NCBI GenBank assembly: GCA_020632215.1
Contig: JACKFZ010000007.1
Span: forward strand, 1,187 to 65,186
DNA from: Candidatus Nomurabacteria bacterium
Lineage (GTDB): Bacteria > Patescibacteriota > Minisyncoccia > Phycocordibacterales > JAACPR01
Length of the DNA stretch: 64,000 nucleotides
Direction of reading: 5' to 3'
In this document: positions 9,562 to 17,804 of the stretch, one piece after another
Layout: every line of letters begins with the position of its first letter
How positions within the stretch are numbered: the stretch's first letter is position 1
Notes under the pieces: model-generated
What the model was told of the DNA's origin: nothing
What the model saw: the letters and a program-made list of their open reading frames with translations, nothing else
The model's database searches: none
Made by a program: the position numbers and the translations under genes

Positions 9562-11229
9562 ATGGTCAAAAAAGTTCTACAGTTTGTGGGCCGAGAGATA
9601 AAAGGTCTGCATGAAGCTGCCTATTTGTTAGGACTTTTTGCTTTTTTATCTCAATTATTAGGATTGGTTAGGGATAGGCTATTGGCCGCTCAGTTTGGTC
9701 CATCGTTAGAGTTAGATATTTACTACGCATCATTCCGTATTCCTGATTTATTGTTTGTGATTATATCTTCTCTAGTTTCTTTATCAGTTCTTGTTCCTTT
9801 TATTGTAAAAGTAATAAAGGATAATGAAGCAGAAAGACAAAAATTCATAGATACTATTTTCACAATTGTTTTTTTAATATCTATTTTTTTATCAGCTGCT
9901 GCTTTTATTTTAGCTAAACCTCTTTTGTTGATGTTGTTTCCGGATTTAATGCATGGCTCTCATGCCAACGAGCTTACTTTACTAACCAGGATCACTCTTT
10001 TACAGCCAATATTTCTTTCATTTTCTAGTTTCTATGCTAGTTTTGTGCAGGTTTACAAAAGATTTTTCATTTATGCTATTTCACCACTTTTATACAATCT
10101 TGGGATAATTTCCGGTATAGCAATCTTTTACAAATTTTTTGGATTATCAGGTCTTGCTGTTGGAGTTGTTTTAGGCTCTCTTATGCATTTAATTGTTCAA
10201 GTTCCTTATGTATCAAAATATGGAATTAACCCAAAATTAACTTTTTACCCAGACTTACTATTAGTTAAGCAAGTTTTGAAATTATCACTACCTAGAACAT
10301 TTGCTTTATTGGGTAATCAAATTATTCAAATTATTTTACTAGTTTTCGCTGGTAGTATGGTTGTTGGTTCTATTTCTATCTTCTCTCTTTCTTTTAACCT
10401 TCAGTCAGTACCATTGGCAATTATTGGTATGAGTTATTCTTTGGCAGCTTTTCCAACTTTAGCTAGATTTTTTGCTGATGGTGATATGGAAAGTTTCATT
10501 TTGCAAATTACAAAAGCTGCTAGACACATTCTATTTTGGTCTATTCCAATCACTGTGATGTTTATAGTTTTACGAGCTCAAATAGTTAGAACTATTTTAG
10601 GAACAGATCAGTTCTCGTGGAATGATACGAGACTAACTGCAGCTGCTCTAGCTATATTCTCTATCTCCATAGTGGCTCAAAGTTTGGCTTTGCTTTTTGT
10701 TAGAGGATTTTATTCAGCAGGAGAGACAAAGAAACCTGTATATTTTGCCTTCATTTCTGTTTTAGTAACCATCATTTCTTCTTTTCTATTCATATATTTA
10801 TTTAAGAACAACACTGCATTCTCCAATTTTTTGGAGTCATTATTAAAAGTCGAAGGTCTTAATGGAACAGTAGTTCTGATGTTGCCATTAGCATTTTCTA
10901 TTGGTCAGATTGTAAATGCTGTTTTGCTTTGGTCACATTTTGATAGGGCATACAAGTTTTTTTCAAATATTTTGTGGAGATCAGTTTTTCACTCGGTCGG
11001 TTCTTCTCTAATTGCTGGTTTCTGCACTTTTATTTTCTTGAGATTACTTGATAATGTTTTTGATCTAGAAACTTTGCTTGGAATCTTTGCGCAAGGATTT
11101 TTAGCTGGTGTTGGAGGTTTAATTATAGGTGCTTTAGTTCTACTTCTGTTGGGTAATCAGGAGATACGAACTGTTTGGAAAACTTTGCATCATAAGATTT
11201 TGAAAACCAGATTTATTGGCGGGGAGTAG
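9562..11229 (+). CDS. murJ: lipid II flippase MurJ/MviN
   Basis: N-terminus 'LSQLLGLVRDRLLAAQFGPSLELDIYYASFRIPDLL' typical of MurJ; 14 predicted TM helices; 1-bp gap to the upstream gene. Confidence 0.75.
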   Translation: MVKKVLQFVGREIKGLHEAAYLLGLFAFLSQLLGLVRDRLLAAQFGPSLELDIYYASFRIPDLLFVIISSLVSLSVLVPFIVKVIKDNEAERQKFIDTIFTIVFLISIFLSAAAFILAKPLLLMLFPDLMHGSHANELTLLTRITLLQPIFLSFSSFYASFVQVYKRFFIYAISPLLYNLGIISGIAIFYKFFGLSGLAVGVVLGSLMHLIVQVPYVSKYGINPKLTFYPDLLLVKQVLKLSLPRTFALLGNQIIQIILLVFAGSMVVGSISIFSLSFNLQSVPLAIIGMSYSLAAFPTLARFFADGDMESFILQITKAARHILFWSIPITVMFIVLRAQIVRTILGTDQFSWNDTRLTAAALAIFSISIVAQSLALLFVRGFYSAGETKKPVYFAFISVLVTIISSFLFIYLFKNNTAFSNFLESLLKVEGLNGTVVLMLPLAFSIGQIVNAVLLWSHFDRAYKFFSNILWRSVFHSVGSSLIAGFCTFIFLRLLDNVFDLETLLGIFAQGFLAGVGGLIIGALVLLLLGNQEIRTVWKTLHHKILKTRFIGGE

Positions 11230-11329
11230 ATTAATAAATAATGAATAATTTAAAATTCTTTTTTCTTTATTAAAAATTTAATATTTCTTTAACGAAATTT
11301 TATCTCAAAGATTTATAATTAACATTAAG

Positions 11330-11428
11330 CCTAGTACCAGAGCAAAGCTCGGTACTAGATTAGTCCCGAAATGTCCACAAACCAGAACGAAGTTTGGTTC
11401 GGGTCTGGTTCGGGAGGGGAAGGGGAGC
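11330..11428. repeat. copy 1 of a ~110-bp dispersed hairpin-rich repeat family (also at 35794, 53604, 57751)
   Basis: 'CTAGTACCAGAGCAAAGCTCGGTACTAG ATTAGTCCCGAA...CCAGAACGAAGTTTGGTTCGGGTCTGGTTCGGGAGGGGAAGGGG' shares 'ATTAGTCCCGAA', 'TGGTTCGGG' and paired hairpins with the other copies. Confidence 0.5.
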
Positions 11429-11671
11429 TCCTATTTCTGAAATTTAAGTATTGACTGTCTGATTATTTTATTTAATAACATTATAAAGAAGCATTCCCCA
11501 GAAGTTTATTTTATGGTAGATTTGTGATGTTCGAGGCTATACTCCCTAGACAAGACCCCTGGGGAGACCTTGCGGCCAATCCGAACAAAGGTGCACCCTC
11601 ATACCACAGTTACCTTGTTGCCTCTGGCGACACGAAAGGTTGAGGGTGCACCAGCTTTTATTTTATATGTT

Positions 11672-13474
11672 ATGTCACTAAACAATATTAGAAACTTTAG
11701 CATCATTGCCCATATAGATCATGGAAAGTCGACATTAGCCGACAGGATGCTTGAGATTACCCAGACCGTTGAAAAAAGAAAAATGTCCGATCGTGTGCTT
11801 GATGATATGGAGCTGGAACAAGAGAGAGGAATTACTATCAAAATGCGACCTGTACGAATGAATTATAAAAAAGATAATGAAGATTATGTTTTGAATCTGA
11901 TTGACACTCCTGGGCATATAGATTTTTCATACGAAGTTTCCAGAGCATTGAAGGCTGTTGAAGGATCAATTCTATTGGTAGATTCAACGCAAGGTGTGCA
12001 AGCTCAAACTTTTACTACTTTGGAAATGGCTCAAAAACAGAACTTAAAAATTATTCCTGTTCTTTCAAAGGTCGATTCTCCTCTGGCTAGAGTCGATGAA
12101 GTCAGGGAAGAAATTTGCGACATCTTACTTTGTGAACCAGAAGAAGTTATTCTAACTTCTGGTAGAACAGGAGAAGGTGTTGAAGATTTATTGAAAACTA
12201 TTATTGATAAAGTTCCTGCTCCTAGTAAAAAATTTGAAAATGCAAATGATTTTAGATCTTTAGTTTTTGATTTCCAATACTCAAATCACAAAGGAGTAAT
12301 TGTCTACATTCGAGTTTTGGACGGTGAAGTGAAGAAAGGAGACATATTGCTTTTCAAAGCGGCTAATCAAAAATTCACAGCTTTGGAAGTAGGAACTTTT
12401 AATCCAAAAGAAACAGCCAAAGATAAACTTATTGCTGGAGAAATTGGATATATTGTAACTGGAATCAAACAACCAGGAATCGCTTCTGTTGGAGATACCA
12501 TTGTTCTTCAAAAGAATCTTTTAGAAGCCTTGTCGGGCTATGAACAACCAAAGCCAGTAGTTTGGGCTAGTATTTTTCCTGAAAGTCAGGATGATTTTGA
12601 TAATTTACGACAAGCATTACAGCGACTGAAACTTTCTGACTCATCATTTACTTTTGAAGAAGAAGCTTCTGGAACTTTGGGTAGAGGATTTAGATGTGGA
12701 TTTTTGGGAATGTTGCATCTAGAAATTATTACAGAAAGATTACGAAGAGAATTTGACTTAGACTTAGTTGTAACATTGCCTAGTATTACATACATTGTGC
12801 ATAATCGCAGAGGACAAGCTATTACAGTTTATTCACCAACTTTTTTCCCAGATCATGGCGATATTGAAAGAGTAGAAGAGCCTTGGGTCAATCTGCACCT
12901 CATAGCACCTTCGGAATATTTGGGAGAAATTATGCAGGTTTTGTTCCAACATGAAGCTATTGTTGGTAATACCGAAAACTTAGCAAATAATAGAAATGCT
13001 CTACATGCTCAGATTCCATTGCGTGAGCTGATGAGAAACTTCTTTGATGAGATAAAAAGTGTTTCTTCTGGGTATGCTTCTATGTCTTACGAATTAGCAG
13101 ATTTTAGGGATGCTGATGTCGCCAAGTTAGAAGTTTTGATAGCTGAAGAACCAGTACCAGCTTTTGATCGTATTGTTTCAAAAAATAGATTACAAGAAGA
13201 AGCAGACAAAACTATAGAAAAATTATATAGCGTTCTGCCTCGACAAATGTTTGTGACAAAGATTCAAGCAAAAGCTCTTGGTAGAATTATTTCTTCAAAA
13301 ACACTTTCTGCTTTAAAGAAAAATGTTACTGCCCACTTATACGGAGGAGATATCACTAGAAAAATGAAGTTGAGAGAAAAGCAAAAGAAGGGTAAGAAAA
13401 AGATGCAAGAACGTGGAAAAGTTAATATTTCACATGAGGTTTTTTTGAAAATGATGAAAGGAGGGGAGAAGTAG
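11672..13474 (+). CDS. lepA: elongation factor 4 (LepA)
   Basis: 'NFSIIAHIDHGKSTLADRMLE', 'DTPGHIDFSYEV' and the LepA C-terminal domain. The track ORF starts at 11570, but the first 100 nt look like a structured leader; the likely start is the ATG at 11672 (MSLNNIRNF). Confidence 0.9.
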   Translation: MSLNNIRNFSIIAHIDHGKSTLADRMLEITQTVEKRKMSDRVLDDMELEQERGITIKMRPVRMNYKKDNEDYVLNLIDTPGHIDFSYEVSRALKAVEGSILLVDSTQGVQAQTFTTLEMAQKQNLKIIPVLSKVDSPLARVDEVREEICDILLCEPEEVILTSGRTGEGVEDLLKTIIDKVPAPSKKFENANDFRSLVFDFQYSNHKGVIVYIRVLDGEVKKGDILLFKAANQKFTALEVGTFNPKETAKDKLIAGEIGYIVTGIKQPGIASVGDTIVLQKNLLEALSGYEQPKPVVWASIFPESQDDFDNLRQALQRLKLSDSSFTFEEEASGTLGRGFRCGFLGMLHLEIITERLRREFDLDLVVTLPSITYIVHNRRGQAITVYSPTFFPDHGDIERVEEPWVNLHLIAPSEYLGEIMQVLFQHEAIVGNTENLANNRNALHAQIPLRELMRNFFDEIKSVSSGYASMSYELADFRDADVAKLEVLIAEEPVPAFDRIVSKNRLQEEADKTIEKLYSVLPRQMFVTKIQAKALGRIISSKTLSALKKNVTAHLYGGDITRKMKLREKQKKGKKKMQERGKVNISHEVFLKMMKGGEK

Positions 13475-13676
13475 TTAATAATTTAAAATTAACTTTTAAT
13501 TATTAATTAAAAAAATAACCCTCTACCGTAAAGCATGACCATGCTTGCTATTACTAGTATTCCTATGATGACAAATATTACTCTTGCTATTTTGCGGCTG
13601 TTTTTGTGGAAAAGCATAATAAATTTAAAATTGATATAATGAGTTATTATACTCAGGTGTTAATTATCTGCAACAA

Positions 13677-14057
13677 GTGAAAGAATTTAAAAAGAAAAGA
13701 CAATTGAGAAAGAGAATCTATAGTAAGTTCACCTTATTTGTGCTACTTATTATTTTGATTCTTGTTACCAATGGTGTGTGGGGTGTTTTGCAAAAGGCTA
13801 GAGAAAGTAAGATTAAGCTTGATGTTGCCAGAGAGGAATACAAAACTTTCAAATCTCGACACGATAATCTTGCCAGCCAGGTTTCTTTTCTAGAAACTGA
13901 AGCGGGAATAGAAAAAGAAATAAGGACCAAGTACAATTTTGCTAAACAAGATGAGAAAGCTATTATTATTGTAGACAATGATGAAGAAGATGAATTGACA
14001 GAAGAAGAAAAACCTCGTGGAATATTCGGAACAATCAAATCTTGGTTTACAGATTAA
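13677..14057 (+). CDS. FtsB/DivIC-like septum formation initiator family protein
   Basis: Basic N-terminus, single TM helix, coiled coil, then 'KEIRTKYNFAKQDEKAIIIV' resembling the FtsB/DivIC C-terminal motif. Confidence 0.45.
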   Translation: MKEFKKKRQLRKRIYSKFTLFVLLIILILVTNGVWGVLQKARESKIKLDVAREEYKTFKSRHDNLASQVSFLETEAGIEKEIRTKYNFAKQDEKAIIIVDNDEEDELTEEEKPRGIFGTIKSWFTD

Positions 14058-14104
14058 TTTTGTGATACACTATCGGGGTTATTATTGGTTAATTAGTTTT
14101 ATTT

Positions 14105-14338
14105 ATGAAGAAAGTTACAGTTTATTCAACACCAACTTGTACTTATTGCAAAATGACAAAAGATTTTTTTGCAACAAATAACGTGTCATACGAAGATATA
14201 GATGTTTCTACTAATGAAGAAAAAAGAAATGAAATGGTGGAGAAATCAGGACAAATGGGAGTTCCTGTTCTAGATATTGAAGGTCAAATCATTGTTGGAT
14301 TTGATGAGCCAAAGATTCGAGAAGCTTTAGGGTTGTAG
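14105..14338 (+). CDS. glutaredoxin-like (NrdH/YruB-type) thioredoxin-fold protein
   Basis: 77 aa, 'VYSTPTCTYCKMTKDFF' CxxC active site, 'GVPVLDIEGQIIVGFD'. Confidence 0.55.
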   Translation: MKKVTVYSTPTCTYCKMTKDFFATNNVSYEDIDVSTNEEKRNEMVEKSGQMGVPVLDIEGQIIVGFDEPKIREALGL

Positions 14339-14440
14339 TATATCTAAACAATATAGAGTTTTTCAAAATACCGTGTAACTAACGGTATTTTTTATTAAAA
14401 ATTTATAAATATTTCATAAGTAGTCTTTATACTTTGATGT

Positions 14441-14914
14441 GTGACTAATATATACATAGATGCTTCTAACTTACATTTATCTTCTAAAGAGTTGGGTTTT
14501 GAAATTAATTATAAAAAGTTTATTGGATGGTTGAGACAAAAATATAAACCAACATACATCTATCTGTTTATTGGTTTTGTTCCTAATAACAAGAATACAT
14601 ATAAAAAACTATCTAGACTTGGTTATAATTTAATATTAAAAGACGCTGTTATTGTTGGTAGTAAAAAAATTAAAGGTAATTGTGATACAGAAATAGTGTT
14701 ACAGATGTGTTTAGATTTTTTTGATAACTCTAAGAAAGATTTTATTTTGATATCAGGAGATGGGGACTTTAAATGTGTTGTTGATTTTTTGATAAATAAA
14801 AATAGTAATGTATTAGTTCTTGCTCCTAATTCTCACAGATGTTCGATTTTGTTAAAAAGAACAAGTATTAGAATAACTTATTTGAATAATCATTATCACA
14901 AATTTTCTACCTAA
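14441..14914 (+). CDS. NYN (LabA-like) domain protein
   Basis: 'IYIDASNLH...YIYLFIGF...LISGDGDFKCVVDFL' NYN/LabA signature; GTG start. Confidence 0.55.
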   Translation: MTNIYIDASNLHLSSKELGFEINYKKFIGWLRQKYKPTYIYLFIGFVPNNKNTYKKLSRLGYNLILKDAVIVGSKKIKGNCDTEIVLQMCLDFFDNSKKDFILISGDGDFKCVVDFLINKNSNVLVLAPNSHRCSILLKRTSIRITYLNNHYHKFST

Positions 14915-14924
14915 ACTAAAAAGA

Positions 14925-14968
14925 AAAAGCCCCCGATCAAGACGTATCTTGATAAGGGTCTTTTTCGT
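14925..14968 (+). terminator. hairpin plus T-run after the NYN gene
   Basis: 'CCCCCGATCAAGACGTATCTTGATAAGGGTCTTTTTCG'. Confidence 0.5.
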
Positions 14969-15016
14969 AATGATTGGCTAATTTTATAAAATGTTTTTTG
15001 TTAAGTCAAATCTTTG

Positions 15017-15088
15017 TGCCCTCACTAGGAATCGAACCCAGAATTACCCCTTAGGACGGGGTTGTTATATCCATTTAACTACAAGGGC
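15017..15088 (-). tRNA. tRNA-Arg (anticodon CCT)
   Basis: Reverse complement 'GCCCTTGTAGTTAAATGGATATAACAACCCCGTCCTAAGGGGTAATTCTGGGTTCGATTCCTAGTGAGGGCA': 7-bp acceptor, T-loop GTTCGATTC, anticodon loop GTCCTAA. Confidence 0.8.
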
Positions 15089-15152
15089 TGTAGGTCTTTT
15101 AATCTAACATTTTGTTCTTTATTTTTCTATTTTTTCTGTTAGAATAGCTGGC

Positions 15153-15455
15153 ATGAATGAGGAAGAAAAAGCCCTTTTAGAAGAGTCTATAAAGCTTTCT
15201 AGGGAAAATAACAAGATTCTACGTGGAATGCGCAGAGATGCCAGAATTGAGCGTTTTTGGCACTTTCTTAAGTGGATTGTAATCATTGTGGCAACCATTT
15301 GGTCATATTACCTTATTCAGCCGTATTTAGAGCAATTACAGGGTGCTTATCAGAATATTCAGGACGCAAAGAATGCCGTTAGTGATATTCAAGGTAAGGT
15401 CCAAGTGGATACTTCTCAGATACAAAATTTTTTCAATAATTTGAAAAATAATTAA
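15153..15455 (+). CDS. small hypothetical protein with one TM helix
   Basis: 100-aa ORF; 'WHFLKWIVIIVATIWSYYLI' hydrophobic segment. Confidence 0.3.
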   Translation: MNEEEKALLEESIKLSRENNKILRGMRRDARIERFWHFLKWIVIIVATIWSYYLIQPYLEQLQGAYQNIQDAKNAVSDIQGKVQVDTSQIQNFFNNLKNN

Positions 15456-15468
15456 AAAGTCAGGATAG

Positions 15469-15719
15469 CTCCCTAAATGATTGCTACGCAATCATCGGGC
15501 ACAGCAGTTATTAGAGCATTCACAGTTAGTATAAAAGTTGTTATAAATAAATTATGTCAGGATAGCTCAGTTCCCGCCAGAGGCGGACAGGGTCCGAGCA
15601 TTCACAGTTAGTATAAAAGTTGTTATAAATAAATTATGTCAGGATAGCTCAGTTCCCGCCAGAGGCGGACAGGGTCCGAGCATTCACAGTTAGTATAAAA
15701 GTTGTTATAAATAAATTAT
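15469..15719 (+). repeat. three tandem partial pseudo-copies of the tRNA-Phe 5' region (unit 82 bp; one divergent then two identical)
   Basis: 'GTCAGGATAGCTCAGTTCCCGCCAGAGGCGGACAGGGTCCGAGCATTCACAGTTAGTATAAAAGTTGTTATAAATAAATTAT' at 15556 and 15638, plus a diverged copy at 15469; each starts with the first 17 nt of the tRNA. Confidence 0.85.
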
Positions 15720-15795
15720 GTCAGGATAGCTCAGTTGGTAGAGCATTCGCCTGAAGAGCGAAGGGTCGGCGGTTCGAGCCCGCCTCCTGACACCA
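15720..15795 (+). tRNA. tRNA-Phe (anticodon GAA), CCA encoded
   Basis: 'GTCAGGATAGCTCAGTTGGTAGAGCATTCGCCTGAAGAGCGAAGGGTCGGCGGTTCGAGCCCGCCTCCTGACACCA'. Confidence 0.85.
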
Positions 15796-15842
15796 AATTT
15801 ACAATTACCACTAAACAACGCGAAGCGTTGTGAGCTGACACC

Positions 15843-15862
15843 GAGCCCGCCTCCTGACACCA
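15843..15862 (+). repeat. 20-bp direct repeat of the tRNA-Phe 3' end (att-like scar)
   Basis: 'GAGCCCGCCTCCTGACACCA' is identical to tRNA positions 57-76 and lies 47 bp downstream of the gene; the hairpin 'CAACGCGAAGCGTTG' sits between them. Confidence 0.7.
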
Positions 15863-15926
15863 CTTAATAACTCTGTCATCCCCATCTTGTCTGGGAATGA
15901 TGGAGAAGTAAAAGGTTGATATTTGT

Positions 15927-16487
15927 TTAATCCCAATCCCAATTATTGAATGCTTTGGGAACAAGTTCGCCTTTAGAGTTTTTAACAATTCTATAAAATG
16001 CTAAAGTACCTTTATTGTTTTTTCTTCTTGAAGATATTCCAAATACAAAAGGCTTACTGCTAGAAAACTCTCCGTTAGCGTAATGTTGTATCCATTGTTC
16101 AACATCTGTTGGAGATGGTAAGTGAGAGCTATCTTCGGCTTTAGGATGTGTGTGCACTTCTCCTATTATTTCAAGATTTGCCACTTGGTGACCTTCCAGC
16201 TTTGCTTGTCTCAAAGTTTCTTGTAATTCATTGAAATCTACCTCTACTTCATTTTTAGAACCAGAATTATTTGTTTCTATAATCCCTTTAATATCTATGT
16301 GTACTTTATCTCCACGAACACTCCAGTTACCAATAAGTGCAATATATTTTTCTTGACCAGAGACTAAATCTTCCTCTGTAACTCTAGGAAAATCACCTAG
16401 ATTTCTAGAGTCAATTCTCATGTCGTAATCTAAACTTTCTGTAAGGTAATCAATAGACCTTTCACTTTCGTGGCTCTCTATATTCAT
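15927..16487 (-). CDS. hypothetical protein with JAB/MPN-like (JAMM) metalloprotease motif
   Basis: 'EIIGEVHTHPKAEDSSHLPSPTD' resembles E..HxH..S..D JAMM, but the spacing is longer than canonical. Confidence 0.35.
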   Translation of the reverse strand: MNIESHESERSIDYLTESLDYDMRIDSRNLGDFPRVTEEDLVSGQEKYIALIGNWSVRGDKVHIDIKGIIETNNSGSKNEVEVDFNELQETLRQAKLEGHQVANLEIIGEVHTHPKAEDSSHLPSPTDVEQWIQHYANGEFSSSKPFVFGISSRRKNNKGTLAFYRIVKNSKGELVPKAFNNWDWD

Positions 16488-16528
16488 AGCATAATATTAG
16501 CATTGAATGTGTGAGACAGAAATTGCAC

Positions 16529-17044
16529 TTATTTCGACTTAACATGCAACTTCGTCTTTCTGTTCTTATCAAGTTTTGGTAGGGAAATGGTAAGCAATCC
16601 ATTTTTTTCGGCTGCTTCTGCTAGATCAACATCAACTTCTTCTGGAAGAAGAATATTTCTGGAAAAAGAACCCCAGTATAGTTCTCGGTGGTAATAGTTG
16701 TCATGAGTAATTTCATGACTTTCTTCACGACTACCGTGAATAGTGACCATATCTCGACTGATATCGATATCAAGATCACCAGGTCTAACACCTGCAATCA
16801 TGGCTTTGATGATAATAGAGTCTTCGGTGTTGAAAACATCAACCGCCAATTGACCATCTACAGATTCTTCAAAGCTTTCCAAGTCAGAATTATGCGCTAA
16901 TTGCCGAGAATTTTCGTGTGAATGGTCAGATCGAGCTTCTTCTTGATCTTCAAAATCATCATCGTCGTAATCATCAAAATGATCTGCATGTACGCTCCCA
17001 GTGATTCTTTCTAAAAATGACTTTTTCTTTTTCTTGTTAAACAT
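16529..17044 (-). CDS. Hsp20/alpha-crystallin small heat-shock protein
   Basis: 'AVDVFNTEDSIIIKAMIAGVRPGDLDIDISRDMVTIHG...GSFSRNILLPEEVDVDLAEAAEKNGLLTISLPK' alpha-crystallin domain. Confidence 0.85.
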   Translation of the reverse strand: MFNKKKKKSFLERITGSVHADHFDDYDDDDFEDQEEARSDHSHENSRQLAHNSDLESFEESVDGQLAVDVFNTEDSIIIKAMIAGVRPGDLDIDISRDMVTIHGSREESHEITHDNYYHRELYWGSFSRNILLPEEVDVDLAEAAEKNGLLTISLPKLDKNRKTKLHVKSK

Positions 17045-17783
17045 TGTTTGAAATTTTGTTAAGACGGATGTTCTTTATTTTTTCGAAAATAGGGATGATG
17101 ATAATTATGACAATCCAGACTACTAATAATGCTTTGAATAACAATTCGTTGTTTTTAATTATAAATAAATTGAAAATGGCGTGCAAGACAGTAGCAGCTG
17201 TAAAACCTGTAATAATGTATCTCTTTTTAATTCTTTCCAAAGAAAAATATGAGAATGCTAAGAATATTCCGAGTATTGCGGATGATCCAACATGCACAAG
17301 TGTTGCCCCAACAAATCTAATGTTGGTGGTTAGAAGAGCTGTTGTTGTTTCTCCTGCAACTATTGGTGCAATTAGAAAAAGGGTATTTTCAACAGCCGCA
17401 AAACCGAGGGCAGCTGTTATGAGGTAAATCATCATATCTACTGGTTCATCATTACTAAATCTCTTTAGTCCACCGTGATAAGCAGCTATAAATTTGAAAA
17501 ATTCTTCGAGAAAAGCCCATCCTAAAATAGCAATAGTTCCTAAAATTGGTCTTGTTGTAATGAAGGTTTCTATACTATTTTCTTGAAGAAAAATAACATT
17601 CACAACTAATTGGCCGATAAGAGCTGCGGGCACCGCGATCATTCCAAAGATGAAAGTGTAGAAGATATATTTGGATGGTTCAGGATGTGCCGAATCTTCT
17701 TTGAGCCAAAACCACAACCATATTATTGCTGGTAAGATACCCCCGAGTGCTGCAAATAATATAGTTTCAAAAATTGAGTGCAT
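17037..17783 (-). CDS. PrsW-family intramembrane protease-like protein
   Basis: Polytopic, with 'EEFFKF' (EExxK), 'FIAAYHGG' and 'HAIFNLF' motifs of the PrsW/CPBP-like family. Confidence 0.5.
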   Translation of the reverse strand: MHSIFETILFAALGGILPAIIWLWFWLKEDSAHPEPSKYIFYTFIFGMIAVPAALIGQLVVNVIFLQENSIETFITTRPILGTIAILGWAFLEEFFKFIAAYHGGLKRFSNDEPVDMMIYLITAALGFAAVENTLFLIAPIVAGETTTALLTTNIRFVGATLVHVGSSAILGIFLAFSYFSLERIKKRYIITGFTAATVLHAIFNLFIIKNNELLFKALLVVWIVIIIIIPIFEKIKNIRLNKISNNV

Positions 17784-17804
17784 GCTTATATTTTAACCTG
17801 TATT

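Noticed and set aside
11570-11671. N-terminal 34-codon extension of the lepA track ORF
   Set aside because: It covers two strong GC-rich hairpins and a T-run. The conserved LepA N-terminus begins at the ATG at 11672.
15469-15866. Possible CRISPR array, given the regular tandem repeats
   Set aside because: The units are 82 bp (and 95 bp at 54242) and are near-identical over their whole length. There are no unique spacers. The units are tRNA-derived, and no cas genes are present.
15731-15988. 85-aa minus-strand ORF
   Set aside because: Overlaps tRNA-Phe and its 3'-end repeat; no coding signal.
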